The notes: generated by a model from the sequence alone, not told the origin. A DNA stretch of 64,000 nucleotides from Candidatus Latescibacterota bacterium (GCA_963422735.1 OY730476.1:2176001-2240000); one strand, 5' to 3'. Counted from the stretch's first letter, positions 29,733-39,996 are shown. Numbers and translations: made by a program.

Positions 29733-30572
29733 TCAAGCAAAAACCGTCAGGCGCGCAGGATTGGTGGGATTGACGGCCCACAGTTCCGCTGGATCATAAA
29801 CGCGCACTGCCTGCGGGGGGTGCGCTGGTAGAGACCATTCTGGGTTGAAGCGCGCGATTAGCGCGGCGAGGTTTTTGTAGGCGATGCGGTCCTTGAGGTC
29901 GTCGTCAATCGGGGCTTCTTCAATGGCCTTCTGCAATATCCTGTAATCGTAATAGGGTAGGTCGGCACCGAAAATCAGCCGCTCGCGTCCCACCTTGTCG
30001 GCCAACCACGCGAAATCCCACTTGGAACCTGGTCCATCCGGGTACTGAACAATCTCGAAAAATACATTGTCGTGCCGGGCCAGATGCTCGGCAGCCCAAG
30101 TGCTAGCGTGGGCGATGAACGTGCAATGAGAGAACATCGCGGCGATGCGGTCCATTAGCGGGCTGTGCAGATGTAGGTTGACCAAGCCCTCGCGAGCGGC
30201 CGCGGCCTCGACGAAGGGGATGCACCACTCGGCAATGGGCGGATGACCGACGATGCCGACCAAGCCCAACTCGCTCATGGCTCTTTCGGCCTCTTCAATG
30301 CCCAGCTTGCCAAAGCGTGCCTCAATCAAGGCCAAGCCGATGGGAAAGACACCGGGAAAATTGCGGCGGGTGCGCGCGATGACCTCGTTCTGGTGGCGGA
30401 TATCCACAATGCCGCGGGCAATCGGGCTGCCGACAGCGGTGGGCATGGAGATGGCGGCGTGGATGTGAGTCTCGGCAAAGCGCGTGAGGCACATGGCGGT
30501 GTTTTGGCCGACCGGCGGCACGCGGTCGATGGTGCGGCCGATGTGGTTGTGGCAGTCGATATAGGGACGCAT
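29733..30572 (-). CDS. Amidohydrolase_2 family protein
   Basis: YIDCHNH, FIAH, RLIFGADLPY. Confidence 0.88.
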   Translation of the reverse strand: MRPYIDCHNHIGRTIDRVPPVGQNTAMCLTRFAETHIHAAISMPTAVGSPIARGIVDIRHQNEVIARTRRNFPGVFPIGLALIEARFGKLGIEEAERAMSELGLVGIVGHPPIAEWCIPFVEAAAAREGLVNLHLHSPLMDRIAAMFSHCTFIAHASTWAAEHLARHDNVFFEIVQYPDGPGSKWDFAWLADKVGRERLIFGADLPYYDYRILQKAIEEAPIDDDLKDRIAYKNLAALIARFNPEWSLPAHPPQAVRVYDPAELWAVNPTNPARLTVFA

Positions 30573-31619
30573 TCAAAGCTCCGTCAGGTCGATGGCGCGG
30601 CGCGCTTGGGTGGCACGGCGCGCCGCCTCGATGATGCCGAGGGTGTGATAGGCTCCCGCGCCGGTGATCGGTGGAGAATCCCCTGCGGCGAGGGCGGCAA
30701 ACGTGGCGGTGAGATAGCCAGCGTGGCCGGTGCGGTTGCGCTCCGTGACGTCGAGAGAGATCTCGGACCAAGTGCTCGTCTTCCGCGAGAAGCGATGGAG
30801 CGCCCGGCCGCGACCGACGACGCGCAGGCAGTCGCCGCGCGTGTGTACTTCGCAGAGACCGCTTAACTCGCCGGCCCCCGCGCCGACCATGCCCCACGAC
30901 GTCGAGACCGTGGAGATAGCTCCGTTTTCATGTTCGAGGAGCAAGAGCGCCACATCGTCGACGTCGATGTCGAAAAAGTGCGTCTGCACTCGCGCCTCGA
31001 CATAGCGCACCGGTGAGCACATCAAGGTTTCGAGCGCATAGATTTCGTGGTACGCCGTATCGCCGATGCAGCCGCCACCCGCCGCTTTGGAGGCCCGCCA
31101 GATTCTGGCCGAACTGGCTCGGTGATGAGCCTCGGTCATGGGAAAGAGCGATTTGGCGCGACCGACTCGTGGTCTGGGCAGTTCGCCCTCGCGTAGGAGC
31201 GCGATGGCGCAGAGGGTGCCAGGAGTAAAGATGGCGTTGTGGACGACCGTATAAATGATGTCGTGGCGCGCAACGGCGTCTAGCACGGCCGAGGCTTCCT
31301 CCAGCGAGGTAGCCATCGGCTTTTCGCTGATGACGGCACAGCCAGCCTCGGCCGCGGCAATGACTTGCTCGGCGTGGAGGTGGTGCGGCGTGGCAATGAG
31401 GACGGCGTCTAGGGCGGCTTGGTCCAGCATGTTGCGGTAGTCGGCGTAGCGCTGGGCGGGCGGGACGCCGGTCGTCGCGCCGACGTTGGCTAGGTTGTCG
31501 GCAGCCGGGTCGGCTAGCGCGGCAATGCATGCGGTATCCAGTTCGCACAACGTCGGCAGGTGCTGCTGCTGGACGATGCCGCCGCAGCCGATTAGTCCGA
31601 GGCGAATGGGGGTTTGCAC
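30573..31619 (-). CDS. Gfo/Idh/MocA family oxidoreductase
   Basis: GLIGCGGI, IATPHHLH, EKPMA, GGG..GD..YH; start uncertain. Confidence 0.9.
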   Translation of the reverse strand: MQTPIRLGLIGCGGIVQQQHLPTLCELDTACIAALADPAADNLANVGATTGVPPAQRYADYRNMLDQAALDAVLIATPHHLHAEQVIAAAEAGCAVISEKPMATSLEEASAVLDAVARHDIIYTVVHNAIFTPGTLCAIALLREGELPRPRVGRAKSLFPMTEAHHRASSARIWRASKAAGGGCIGDTAYHEIYALETLMCSPVRYVEARVQTHFFDIDVDDVALLLLEHENGAISTVSTSWGMVGAGAGELSGLCEVHTRGDCLRVVGRGRALHRFSRKTSTWSEISLDVTERNRTGHAGYLTATFAALAAGDSPPITGAGAYHTLGIIEAARRATQARRAIDLTEL

Positions 31620-31691
31620 GCGCTTAGTGAGAGGCTTGTTGAGAGCAAATCGACTCTGCCAACGCCGTGGACATGGCACCTAGGGGATCTA

Positions 31692-33050
31692 TTAATACGG
31701 CGTGTGTTTGGTGGTGATGGGGCACCAACGGGCGGCGAACAAATAGTCGAACAATATCTCCGTCGCCTCTGGGGTACCAACGCGCTCCAAGGTTTTTGCC
31801 GCCTTGGCACTGACGTAGCGGTTTGGATCGTCTAGGGCTGCTACCACGGCTGGCTGCACAGCCGCGGCCGCCGGCCCCAACCGCGCCAAGCCCAAGGCAG
31901 CATTGCGCCGCACCCATTCGTCGTCGTCGCCCAAAACTCCGGCTAGTTCCTCCAGCACCACTGGCGGCAATGCGCCCATGGCACCCAAGGCTTCGGCCGC
32001 GTGACCCCGCACCTTGTCCGACGCATCGCCTAGTGCCCGCTGCAATGCTGGCATTGCTGGAGCACCCACCCGACCCATATCGCCCAAACTATCGACAGCG
32101 GCTAGCCGCACGGCCGGATCTTCATCAGCGCAGGCTTGTGCTAGCGCTTCGACTGCGGCTGGGCCAGCTGCGGCCAAACCGTAGCCGGCGTTGCGTCGCA
32201 CATGTTCTGGTCCTTGGCGCAAACAGTCGCTGAGCAGCCCCACGGCCGGCTCCTCAGCGCGACCGAGGGCATAGGCCGCCGCTTGACTTGCCGCCTCGGA
32301 ATCGCCCATTAGCGCCTGTAGCAGCGCCGACCGCTCGCCGGTATCGACAACAAGGCATTCGGACCGGCCGCCGTACCATTCCCACATACTGTGCAACATG
32401 GGTGCCTCGGCATGACCGTTCCCGGCCCAAGGTTCCCCGGTCGCGTCCCAACTAGGCCTGTCTGGCTCTTCGAGGCGGACGAAGAGAAATTTGACCATAT
32501 AGCGATCCTGCTCGGTGCTATTGGGGGTGGCCCGGTGCCACAAGTCGTAGTGGACAATGGCGACCGTTCCAGCCTCTCCTGCAAGCGCGACTTCTCGCTC
32601 CTCAGCGCCTTGGTCGAGGCGGTTGTGGTAGTGACTGCCGGGGACAACGCCGGTAGGGCCGCGCTCGGCCGGCGTGTCCTGCGGATAGTAAAAGGCCATC
32701 GCCCAGCGCGGCCGGTGGTGCCGCCGGCTCCAGCTATCCTTGTGCAGCCTTTGCCCTTCCGAACCCGGCTTGTTGAAATGGCAGAAACGGTGCGGATGCA
32801 AATAGTAGCCCGGTCCCAAGATACTAGTCAGGGCTCCCGCTACTTGGGGTTGGTCGAGTACCTGTTGCAAGTCGGGGACGCGGGGTAATAGGTTATTGCC
32901 TGGATTGCCCTCGGCAGTCAAGACCTCCTCTATTTGCCCATAAATAGATTGGTGAGATTCCGGGGGCAAATCCGTTTCTACTACTGTATAGCCATTGGCG
33001 ATAAAAGACTGCATGCGGCTATCGTCCAACAAGATCGAGTCGGCACACAT
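31692..33050 (-). CDS. PhyH-family dioxygenase fused to HEAT (PBS-lyase-like) repeats
   Basis: LHKD, PGSH, HYDLWHR; then VRRNAGYGL, VRLAAVDSLG, VRGHAAEALG, VRRNAALGL repeats. Confidence 0.88.
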   Translation of the reverse strand: MCADSILLDDSRMQSFIANGYTVVETDLPPESHQSIYGQIEEVLTAEGNPGNNLLPRVPDLQQVLDQPQVAGALTSILGPGYYLHPHRFCHFNKPGSEGQRLHKDSWSRRHHRPRWAMAFYYPQDTPAERGPTGVVPGSHYHNRLDQGAEEREVALAGEAGTVAIVHYDLWHRATPNSTEQDRYMVKFLFVRLEEPDRPSWDATGEPWAGNGHAEAPMLHSMWEWYGGRSECLVVDTGERSALLQALMGDSEAASQAAAYALGRAEEPAVGLLSDCLRQGPEHVRRNAGYGLAAAGPAAVEALAQACADEDPAVRLAAVDSLGDMGRVGAPAMPALQRALGDASDKVRGHAAEALGAMGALPPVVLEELAGVLGDDDEWVRRNAALGLARLGPAAAAVQPAVVAALDDPNRYVSAKAAKTLERVGTPEATEILFDYLFAARWCPITTKHTPY

Positions 33051-33065
33051 AGCAAAGCTCCTCGT

Positions 33066-33941
33066 TTAGTGGATGAAAGCGTCGCCCGGCATCCGATTCC
33101 AAGGGACGGGTAGAGCACTACCTTCATAGTCGGGCAAAAGATCGGCAACCCGTGCTCTGGCTTCGTCGTCCCAGCCAACCCATTCGCGGGGGCGGGCGAT
33201 AGCGGCGCGGAGGCCGTTGGAGAGCAGGTCGAAGTAAGGGAAATACCACAGGGTAATGACGGTGCGACGCTGGGCCGATTTGTTGGCATGAGCCGAGTGC
33301 AACAGCCGTGCGTCGCCGATGACCACATCGCCCGCCGCCACGGGTACATCCACCTCTTCGGGAATCGACTGATAAGCCGGATGATCGGGATCGGCCACGC
33401 GGCGGAGTTCGTCGGTGTGGGCGTTGGGCACCTCGTCGTGCATGCGGTGGCGTTTTAGATGCGAGCCGCGCAATAGGCGCAGACAGCCGTTGTGGGGCGT
33501 GGTATCGACGAGGTAATACATCAGAAAAAGCTGCTGGGGCAAGGGCGTATAGCTCGAAGGATCGTCCCAGCCCCACCAGTCCTGATGCCAGAAGAGCGCC
33601 GGGCTGTTGGGCGGTTTGCTGATGACGTAGCCGGACATCCACCGAGGGCGCAGAAAGCCCAAGGTTTCGAGAGCGGCGCGGGCGAACGGATAGGCGACGA
33701 GTTCGGCGAAGATGGGGTGGACACCGACATCGATCATGCTGCCGGTGGAGCGCTGTTGGGCGCGGGTTTCTTCGCCTTGGGCATCGAGGAGTTGGTCGGT
33801 GACTTGGCGCAGGCGGTGGAGGATGTCGGGGTCGAGGACCTCTTCTATCAAGCAGTAGCCATCGCGGATGAGTTGGTCGAAGCTTTCTTTAGGGGCTTGT
33901 TGAGACATCGGCGGCATTCCTGTCGTGTCGATGGTAGGCAA
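33066..33941 (-). CDS. PhyH-family dioxygenase
   Basis: WHQD, NGCLRLLRGSH, AGDVVIGDARLLH. Confidence 0.9.
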   Translation of the reverse strand: MPTIDTTGMPPMSQQAPKESFDQLIRDGYCLIEEVLDPDILHRLRQVTDQLLDAQGEETRAQQRSTGSMIDVGVHPIFAELVAYPFARAALETLGFLRPRWMSGYVISKPPNSPALFWHQDWWGWDDPSSYTPLPQQLFLMYYLVDTTPHNGCLRLLRGSHLKRHRMHDEVPNAHTDELRRVADPDHPAYQSIPEEVDVPVAAGDVVIGDARLLHSAHANKSAQRRTVITLWYFPYFDLLSNGLRAAIARPREWVGWDDEARARVADLLPDYEGSALPVPWNRMPGDAFIH

Positions 33942-34144
33942 CGTAAGGATCAGTCAGGCATTGTCCACAAAGCAGCCGACGCTATCCGGCCAGCATTTTG
34001 GCGCGGGTCGCCGCCTCTCGTGGTACATTGGCCCCTATTATGAGGGATTATGTTGAAAGCGAATTCGAGCATTGGGAAGCGTAATGCCGACAAGGCGGCT
34101 GTCGCGATAGTGGTAGAAATGGCGGGACAGGATTCCAAAACGAA

Positions 34145-34804
34145 CTAAAAATGGAGCGTCAGTCTGGTTCCCAATCTTTTATGAGAAACGACCGGATCGA
34201 CACCAAGCGTAGCCCGGCTGCCGCCAAGCTCAATCAGATGTCCGTAAGAAGGCTGATGACTTTGCTGATTGATGCTGTTGGCAGAGATTAGTGCATCAAT
34301 CATTGACCATAGAGTGCTGCCAGAATAAAGAAGAACCCCAAAGCCAATCTTCCAATTATCATCATCAACATCGACCGTATAACCATCTTCGTCTTCTTTA
34401 TCATCCCCTCTAGCAGTGGACCAAAGTCTTGCACCTACTATTGCGGCACCGAATTGAGTCAGTCCCTTTTTGAACTGACTATTATAGAATTGTCCGGCTC
34501 CAGGAATAATAGATAGGCCAAAAGCCATCCAAGGATTTTTCTTTTTAGCCCTAATATGCCCTCTCATCCCCATCACAGGTTCCTTGGATATTTTGGCAAT
34601 CTCATCCATCGTATATGATGATATGATGAATACATCTCCATCTCGCGTCTGTATCTTCAGCGATTCGCCCGGAATTTGCTCAATGATAATTCCGCGAACG
34701 AGTCCGCCATTTTTTAAGTGGACGACATCTTCCATTTGCTGGGCGGACACTTGCGAGGCCATCACGAAAGCCGTCAGGCACGTGAGCAGAATAAAACGCT
34801 GCAT
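34145..34804 (-). CDS. Hypothetical exported membrane protein (lower GC)
   Basis: Signal peptide, DVVHLKNG..RGIIIE, KNPWMAFGLSIIPGAGQFY, terminal LTLHF; GGAGG RBS. Confidence 0.75.
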   Translation of the reverse strand: MQRFILLTCLTAFVMASQVSAQQMEDVVHLKNGGLVRGIIIEQIPGESLKIQTRDGDVFIISSYTMDEIAKISKEPVMGMRGHIRAKKKNPWMAFGLSIIPGAGQFYNSQFKKGLTQFGAAIVGARLWSTARGDDKEDEDGYTVDVDDDNWKIGFGVLLYSGSTLWSMIDALISANSINQQSHQPSYGHLIELGGSRATLGVDPVVSHKRLGTRLTLHF

Positions 34805-34865
34805 GTTTTCCTCCTATTTGGTTGCGGCGAATTTTCGCCAAGGTTCGGACTTTGATTGCGATTCT

Positions 34866-35723
34866 CTAACCGGCCAGCATCTCCCCTTGGCGCGAGCGTT
34901 CCTGCAAGTCGTAGAGCGAGGAAATGGCGTCCTTGTACAGCGGGATGGGAAAGGACCGGTCCTCAAAGTGCGCTGCGTGCGCGAACCGGCCGCGCACTAG
35001 ACGCGCATTGGCTTCGGTCTTGTAGGTCATCTCTCCGGTGTAGATTGGGAAAGCATCGGCGGCGCGGTAGCTGAGAATCAGGGTGCGCCGCGGCTTGGCG
35101 GAGACGTTGGCGATGGAAGCATGGGGGGTCATCGCATGCATGAAGATGACCGCGCCCGCCGCGCCGGCAATCGGCACGGCTAGCGATTGATCAACCTCTT
35201 CGGTAACCCGGCCTTGAAAAAAGCCGTCGGTGCTGTGCGACAGCAGGTCACTCTGATGGCGGCGGGGGATGACTTGCAGACAGCCGTTTTCGACAGTGGC
35301 GTCGTCGAGATAAAAGAGAATACTCACCGAACCGCGATGGGTCAGCGGGTAGTAGGAAAGGTCTTGGTGCCACTCAACAGACGAGCCGACGCCGGCCGGT
35401 TTCATGTTGATCTTGCTGTAGTGGAAGACCAAGTCCGGGCCGAGCAGGGCCTCGACCGCGTCGAGGAGGTGCTCCGACTCGGAGAATTCCCGGAAGACCT
35501 CGTAGTGGCTGCAAGGCTCGTACAGGCGGCGAACCTGCGCGCCGTCGGGAGGCTGGTTGGGCTCCATCTCCATGCGAGTAGCGTCGTGTTTGGCGAGTGT
35601 ATTGCCAGCCCTAACGGCGTCTATCTCGCGCAGGAAGGCCGCGATATCTTCGGCCCTGAGGAAGCCGGGGATAGCGGCGTACCCTTCGGTTTGGTAGTGT
35701 TCGACTTGTGCGGTGGTCAACAT
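34866..35723 (-). CDS. PhyH-family dioxygenase
   Basis: MLTTAQVEHYQTEGY, WHQD, NGCL, HAMTPH. Confidence 0.9.
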   Translation of the reverse strand: MLTTAQVEHYQTEGYAAIPGFLRAEDIAAFLREIDAVRAGNTLAKHDATRMEMEPNQPPDGAQVRRLYEPCSHYEVFREFSESEHLLDAVEALLGPDLVFHYSKINMKPAGVGSSVEWHQDLSYYPLTHRGSVSILFYLDDATVENGCLQVIPRRHQSDLLSHSTDGFFQGRVTEEVDQSLAVPIAGAAGAVIFMHAMTPHASIANVSAKPRRTLILSYRAADAFPIYTGEMTYKTEANARLVRGRFAHAAHFEDRSFPIPLYKDAISSLYDLQERSRQGEMLAG

Positions 35724-35737
35724 GGGTCGGTTCCTCC

Positions 35738-36481
35738 TTACCATTTCTCTATAGCACCCATTAGCATTTTCTGCTGGTCGGTACCCGTTGCGCGGACTTT
35801 CTGCGCGAAGGGGCCGTCGAAGGGCTCGCGGGATTTCATCCAGGCAGTCTGGTAGCACATCAGGCAGACGCGGCGGCACACCAACGACTGGTTGGCCGCG
35901 CCACGGTGGTAGAGGCAGCCGTCGAACATCACCGCCCGACCCGGCCGGGCGAAAACCCATTTCTCCTCCGGGAAGCGCGGATGACCGTCGGGCGGGCGAA
36001 AGGGAGCGCGGTGGCTGCCGGGGACGATGACGATGGCACCGTTGTCCTCGTCTAATTCGTCCAAGTAATAGCCGCAGTTGATCTGGCCGGGCAGCGCGCC
36101 GTAGGGCGTGCCGTCGGGATCGATGGGCCAAGGCACGTCGCGGTGCCAATTCTGGTCCTCCTGCCCCGGCGCGGTGACGCGGGCGGTAGCACTGTGGAGC
36201 TGGACGCAGGTGCCCAGAATTGCCTGCATCCTTTCGAGTACGGGCGGGTTGTCAAGCAGGAAGGCGAAAGCCTCGTCTTCTTCGAGAAGCTGGTGGATAA
36301 ACTGCTCCCCGGTCCCGCGCGTGAAGGCCGCATCGAGAGCCGTGCGCAGGGTCTCGACCTGTGCCTCGGTGATGGCGTCTTCGACGACGAGATAGCCCCA
36401 CTTGCGGAAGAAGGCCACCTCCTCGGCGATTGCGGGTGTCAGTTTGGGATTGAGGTGCTGTGGGTAGGGCGGTTGCGTCAT
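35738..36481 (-). CDS. PhyH-family dioxygenase
   Basis: FFRKWGYL, WHRD, VPGSH, LYHRG. Confidence 0.9.
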   Translation of the reverse strand: MTQPPYPQHLNPKLTPAIAEEVAFFRKWGYLVVEDAITEAQVETLRTALDAAFTRGTGEQFIHQLLEEDEAFAFLLDNPPVLERMQAILGTCVQLHSATARVTAPGQEDQNWHRDVPWPIDPDGTPYGALPGQINCGYYLDELDEDNGAIVIVPGSHRAPFRPPDGHPRFPEEKWVFARPGRAVMFDGCLYHRGAANQSLVCRRVCLMCYQTAWMKSREPFDGPFAQKVRATGTDQQKMLMGAIEKW

Positions 36482-36652
36482 AGTTTGGGTCGTGCTTTAA
36501 GGTATGTTCGACTGGTCTTGCTGATGATGAGACGATTCCTTATATAAACAGTATTCTTATCATCTTCTGCAAGCTAGAAACAACTTCTTCTCACCAAGCT
36601 ACACGGGGCAGACCGCCGTACCGCGGCCCCCATAAGGAAAGGAGCATTACAA

Positions 36653-36829
36653 ATGATTGTTTGGGGTCATATCAAAGATAATCAAATTCTCATTGACGGA
36701 AATATCCAACTCCCCGATGAAATCCGGGTCGAAATTCGAGTCCCTGATGAAACCATGACGCAGGAATCCGGGTTGTGCGGTATTTGGAAGGATTCCCGAG
36801 AGGCTAAAGAAATTGTCGAGAACGCTTGA
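36653..36829 (+). CDS. Putative antitoxin (58 aa)
   Basis: AAGGAG RBS; MIVWGHIKDNQI...GLCGIWKD; directly upstream of a PIN pseudogene. Confidence 0.5.
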   Translation: MIVWGHIKDNQILIDGNIQLPDEIRVEIRVPDETMTQESGLCGIWKDSREAKEIVENA

Positions 36830-36847
36830 GAAAGATGTAACGCTTTA

Positions 36848-37249
36848 ATGTATTTGCTCGATACAGACGCGATCATTTATTAGCGTAACGGAAATCAGGA
36901 GATTGAACGAATAGCCCAGTCTGTCGGCCTAGACAGTATATACTACGCGATCATTTCAAAGGTAAAACTTTACTTTGGTGCTTACAATTCCAGTTATGTT
37001 CAACAGAATCTTTCTAACATTCAAACCTCATCCCAAAAGCTGTCCATGCGCCCTTTCGATGACAAAGCTGCTAACCGCTTTGGCCGAATCAAATCCGAGC
37101 TAAAAAAGAGGGGCGACATTCTTCCCGATGCGGACATCATGATCGTTTCCATTGCATTCGCCAATAATCTCACGTTGGTGACGAACAGGCTGAAGCACTT
37201 TGCAAGAATTCGCGATCTCAGGCTGAAAACTGGATTTGATTTTTGCTAA
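36848..37249 (+). pseudogene. vapC: VapC/PIN toxin with premature stop
   Basis: MYLLDTDAIIY then TAG at 36881; the same frame continues to DADIMI...LVTN..KHF. Confidence 0.8.
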
Positions 37250-37301
37250 TCGCTTCGCTTACTGTCGATTCGCCAATCCACAATCTACAAAGGAGCGATC
37301 C

Positions 37302-39059
37302 ATGAGCTATCTAAACCCCCGCGCCATTGCCATTGACACTCCGATGCCGCCGCCCGCTTGGGCGCTGCTCGAATGGGAACTGATTCGGGCGCAAACGAGG
37401 GGATGCACAGAATTTTTCGACAAGTACTTCGACGAGCGGGGCTATTTGGAGTGCCTCCCGCGCTGGGGTGGCAACGACGGCCCGGACGACGCCATCGAGA
37501 ATTTGGTCCACTGGCCAGTACTCTACGTATTGGGAGGCGGAGCCCATCTGTACGATATGTGCCAGTTGGCTTGGGAGGGACATCTCAAGCAATACACCGA
37601 GGCCAAGACCACGGAGGTGCCCTTTGCCCGGGACGGGATGTACTATCGCGAATTTCCGGTGATGTTCGACTGGGTACACAACGGGGAAGGGCTGACTACG
37701 TTCAACCTGCACGGGTTGATGAATCCACGCGAGCAGGCATTTGAGCAGCGGGTGCGGCGCTACGCCGGATTTTACATGGGCCACGACCCACAGGCACCCA
37801 ACTACGATCCCGAACACAAAATCATCAAGAGCCTGTTCAATGGCAGCCGCGGGCCGCTGCTGCGCAAGGCCACGGCACTCGATTGGGCCGGCGACCCGCT
37901 CAATGAGGTCGAGGAGCGCTTTATTCCCCTGCACGGAGAGCGCAACTTCGAGGAGATGCTGGCCCATTTCAAAGACTACACCGACATCGTCGGCGATCAT
38001 CCGCAGAACATGGTGGCGACGGCCTTGGGGCTGAACGCGTACGCGCTGACGGGCGAGGGCCAATACAAGGACTGGGTGCTCGAATACATCGAGGCCTGGC
38101 GGCAGCGAACGCTGGCCAACGACGGGATCCTCCCCACTAATATCGGACTCGATGGGACTATCGGCGGCGAGTGCGACGGCAAGTGGTACGGAGGATGTTA
38201 CGGCTGGGCCTTTACGGTCGAGGTGCCCCAGACTGGGGAGCTGGCCAGCCGCAACACGCACGGGCTGGGGATTTCGGGCTTTGGCAACGCGCTGTTGCTG
38301 TCGGGCGAACAGCAATTCGTCGATGTGTGGCGGCAGATGATCGACAAAATCAACGCCAATGGGCAAGCAATCGACGGGCAGATGATGTATCCGCAGATGT
38401 ACGGGGACGAGGGCTGGTACGAGTTTCGGCCGGGCCCCTACGCGCAAGGAGCGCAAGAGGTGTACTACTGGTCGATGAACCGGGCCGATCTGAGCCGGCT
38501 AAACGCGGACAGTGGCTGGTTTGGCTTCTTGGAGGGATGCGACCCCACCTATCCGGAAGCTGCTCTACAGGCCGACTTTGCCCGCCTTCGCGATCAGATG
38601 GACAAGGTGCGCCGCGACCCGACGACGCCGGACACTCGGCTTTCGGACAATCCCAACCCATTCAACCCGGCCATTCCGGGCGGGCTGACCCAGCTCATGT
38701 TGGGCGGACTGACGCCGCGCCACGGCTCGCCGCTGCACTGCCGGGTGCGCTACTTCGATCCGCAGGCCGGGCGGGCGGGGATGCCCGAGGGCGTAGGGGC
38801 ACTGGTGCAGCGACTAAGCGCGGACTCCATGACGCTGACGCTGGTAAACACAGACCCAGTGGCCGGGCGAGAAGTGATCGTACAGGGCGGAGCCTATGCC
38901 GAGCACCAGTTTACGAGTGTGCGCGTGGGTGGGAAGGAAACCGCGATAGACGACTCGGCCTTTGTAGTGGAACTAGCGCCGGGGGCCGGGGAAACGCTGG
39001 AAATAGGGATGCGGCGCTATGTCAATGGGCCGACGTTTGCGTTTCCGTGGGATCGGTAG
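37302..39059 (+). CDS. Conserved hypothetical protein (probably alpha/alpha-barrel enzyme)
   Basis: AAGGAG RBS, native codon usage, RWGGNDGPDD and RVRYFD...GMPEGV.ALV motifs; function not recognised. Confidence 0.7.
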   Translation: MSYLNPRAIAIDTPMPPPAWALLEWELIRAQTRGCTEFFDKYFDERGYLECLPRWGGNDGPDDAIENLVHWPVLYVLGGGAHLYDMCQLAWEGHLKQYTEAKTTEVPFARDGMYYREFPVMFDWVHNGEGLTTFNLHGLMNPREQAFEQRVRRYAGFYMGHDPQAPNYDPEHKIIKSLFNGSRGPLLRKATALDWAGDPLNEVEERFIPLHGERNFEEMLAHFKDYTDIVGDHPQNMVATALGLNAYALTGEGQYKDWVLEYIEAWRQRTLANDGILPTNIGLDGTIGGECDGKWYGGCYGWAFTVEVPQTGELASRNTHGLGISGFGNALLLSGEQQFVDVWRQMIDKINANGQAIDGQMMYPQMYGDEGWYEFRPGPYAQGAQEVYYWSMNRADLSRLNADSGWFGFLEGCDPTYPEAALQADFARLRDQMDKVRRDPTTPDTRLSDNPNPFNPAIPGGLTQLMLGGLTPRHGSPLHCRVRYFDPQAGRAGMPEGVGALVQRLSADSMTLTLVNTDPVAGREVIVQGGAYAEHQFTSVRVGGKETAIDDSAFVVELAPGAGETLEIGMRRYVNGPTFAFPWDR

Positions 39060-39069
39060 TGCTGCTTCA

Positions 39070-39300
39070 GTAAGCAACCGCAAAGGCGCACTCGACGCTC
39101 TGCTCTTGGGGTCCCCTTTGATCCGCAAGCCCGCGATGTACGCGCCGGGCACTACGCGTTTGCCGGCGTAGTCTCTCCCATCCCAGACAAATCGCAAAGG
39201 CTCAGGCACAGCTTGACGACGTGAACTGAGAGGCGCAGCTCGTCGTTGATCCCGTCGCCGTTAGGCGTGCCGGCGGGTGTGTTGAGCACCAAGTTTTTGA
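39070..39300 (-). pseudogene. Remnant of a TPNGDG/FlgD-Ig-like C-terminal domain
   Basis: TPNGDGINDELRLSV and WDGRDYAGKRVVPGAY in broken frames. Confidence 0.6.
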
Positions 39301-39466
39301 GTACATCGCCACCAACTGAAAAGCGGACGACGTCGGACCTTGCGAGCTGGCCTTGCTTTCGTCTATCATTGCTTTAACGCGAGGAGGTACAGATGGCACA
39401 CCGCAGCTTCTTAGAAGAAGGTGGCCCTGCTTCCATTGTGAACCGTTTTAACGCAAGAAGACATAG

Positions 39467-39996
39467 ATGGCGCACATTCATACTGCTAAAATCGAGGATC
39501 CGGACTTCGTCGAAACCTATACTGCCTGCATCCAACAAAACGGCGACGGTTGGATGGGATGGATACGGGGTGTCCCAGAGGTAAAGTGCGAAGAAAGGAC
39601 GAGAGAAAGCCTGTTGAAAATCCTCGAATACGAGCCCCACAAAACCTTGGTCGCCGAGTGGGAAGCATGGAGTGCGCAGTTTGAGGAAGACGTGAAGGCG
39701 GGACGGCTCGATCCGCTGCGGGAGGAAGCCCTTGATGATTTGCGGGCAGGCAGGTGTAGCGTTATAACGCTACCTGCTATCAAAAACTTCCACGAAAAAT
39801 TCAACAACTCGCCGACGAGAAATTTGAACTACTAAAGCAAAATCCAAGAAACCCATCCCTGCGTTTGAAAAAGGTCGGTCCGCATTGGGCTGCCCGCATC
39901 AACAGAGACTACCGAGCATTGGCAATCGAAGATGGGAATATGTTAATCTGGGTGTGGATTGGAAAACACGACGGATACGCAAGACGGCTTAGCTGA
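39467..39996 (+). pseudogene. HicB-like antitoxin plus RelE/ParE-like toxin, fused and frameshifted
   Basis: YTACIQQNGDGWMGWI..VPEV (HicB-like), FEEDVKAGRLD, then shifted frame NPRNPSLRLKKV..WAARINRDYRALA..WVWIGKH. Confidence 0.7.

Noticed and set aside
36881-36883. Stop-codon recoding (TAG in vapC; TGA at ~63780)
   Set aside because: TAG and TGA terminate many intact genes here; these are single-base nonsense changes in decaying genes.
37311-38456. Long antisense or alternate-frame ORFs (also 26346..27398, 48649..49857, and the 5' extension 52224..52985)
   Set aside because: They overlap well-supported genes; expected in high-GC DNA.
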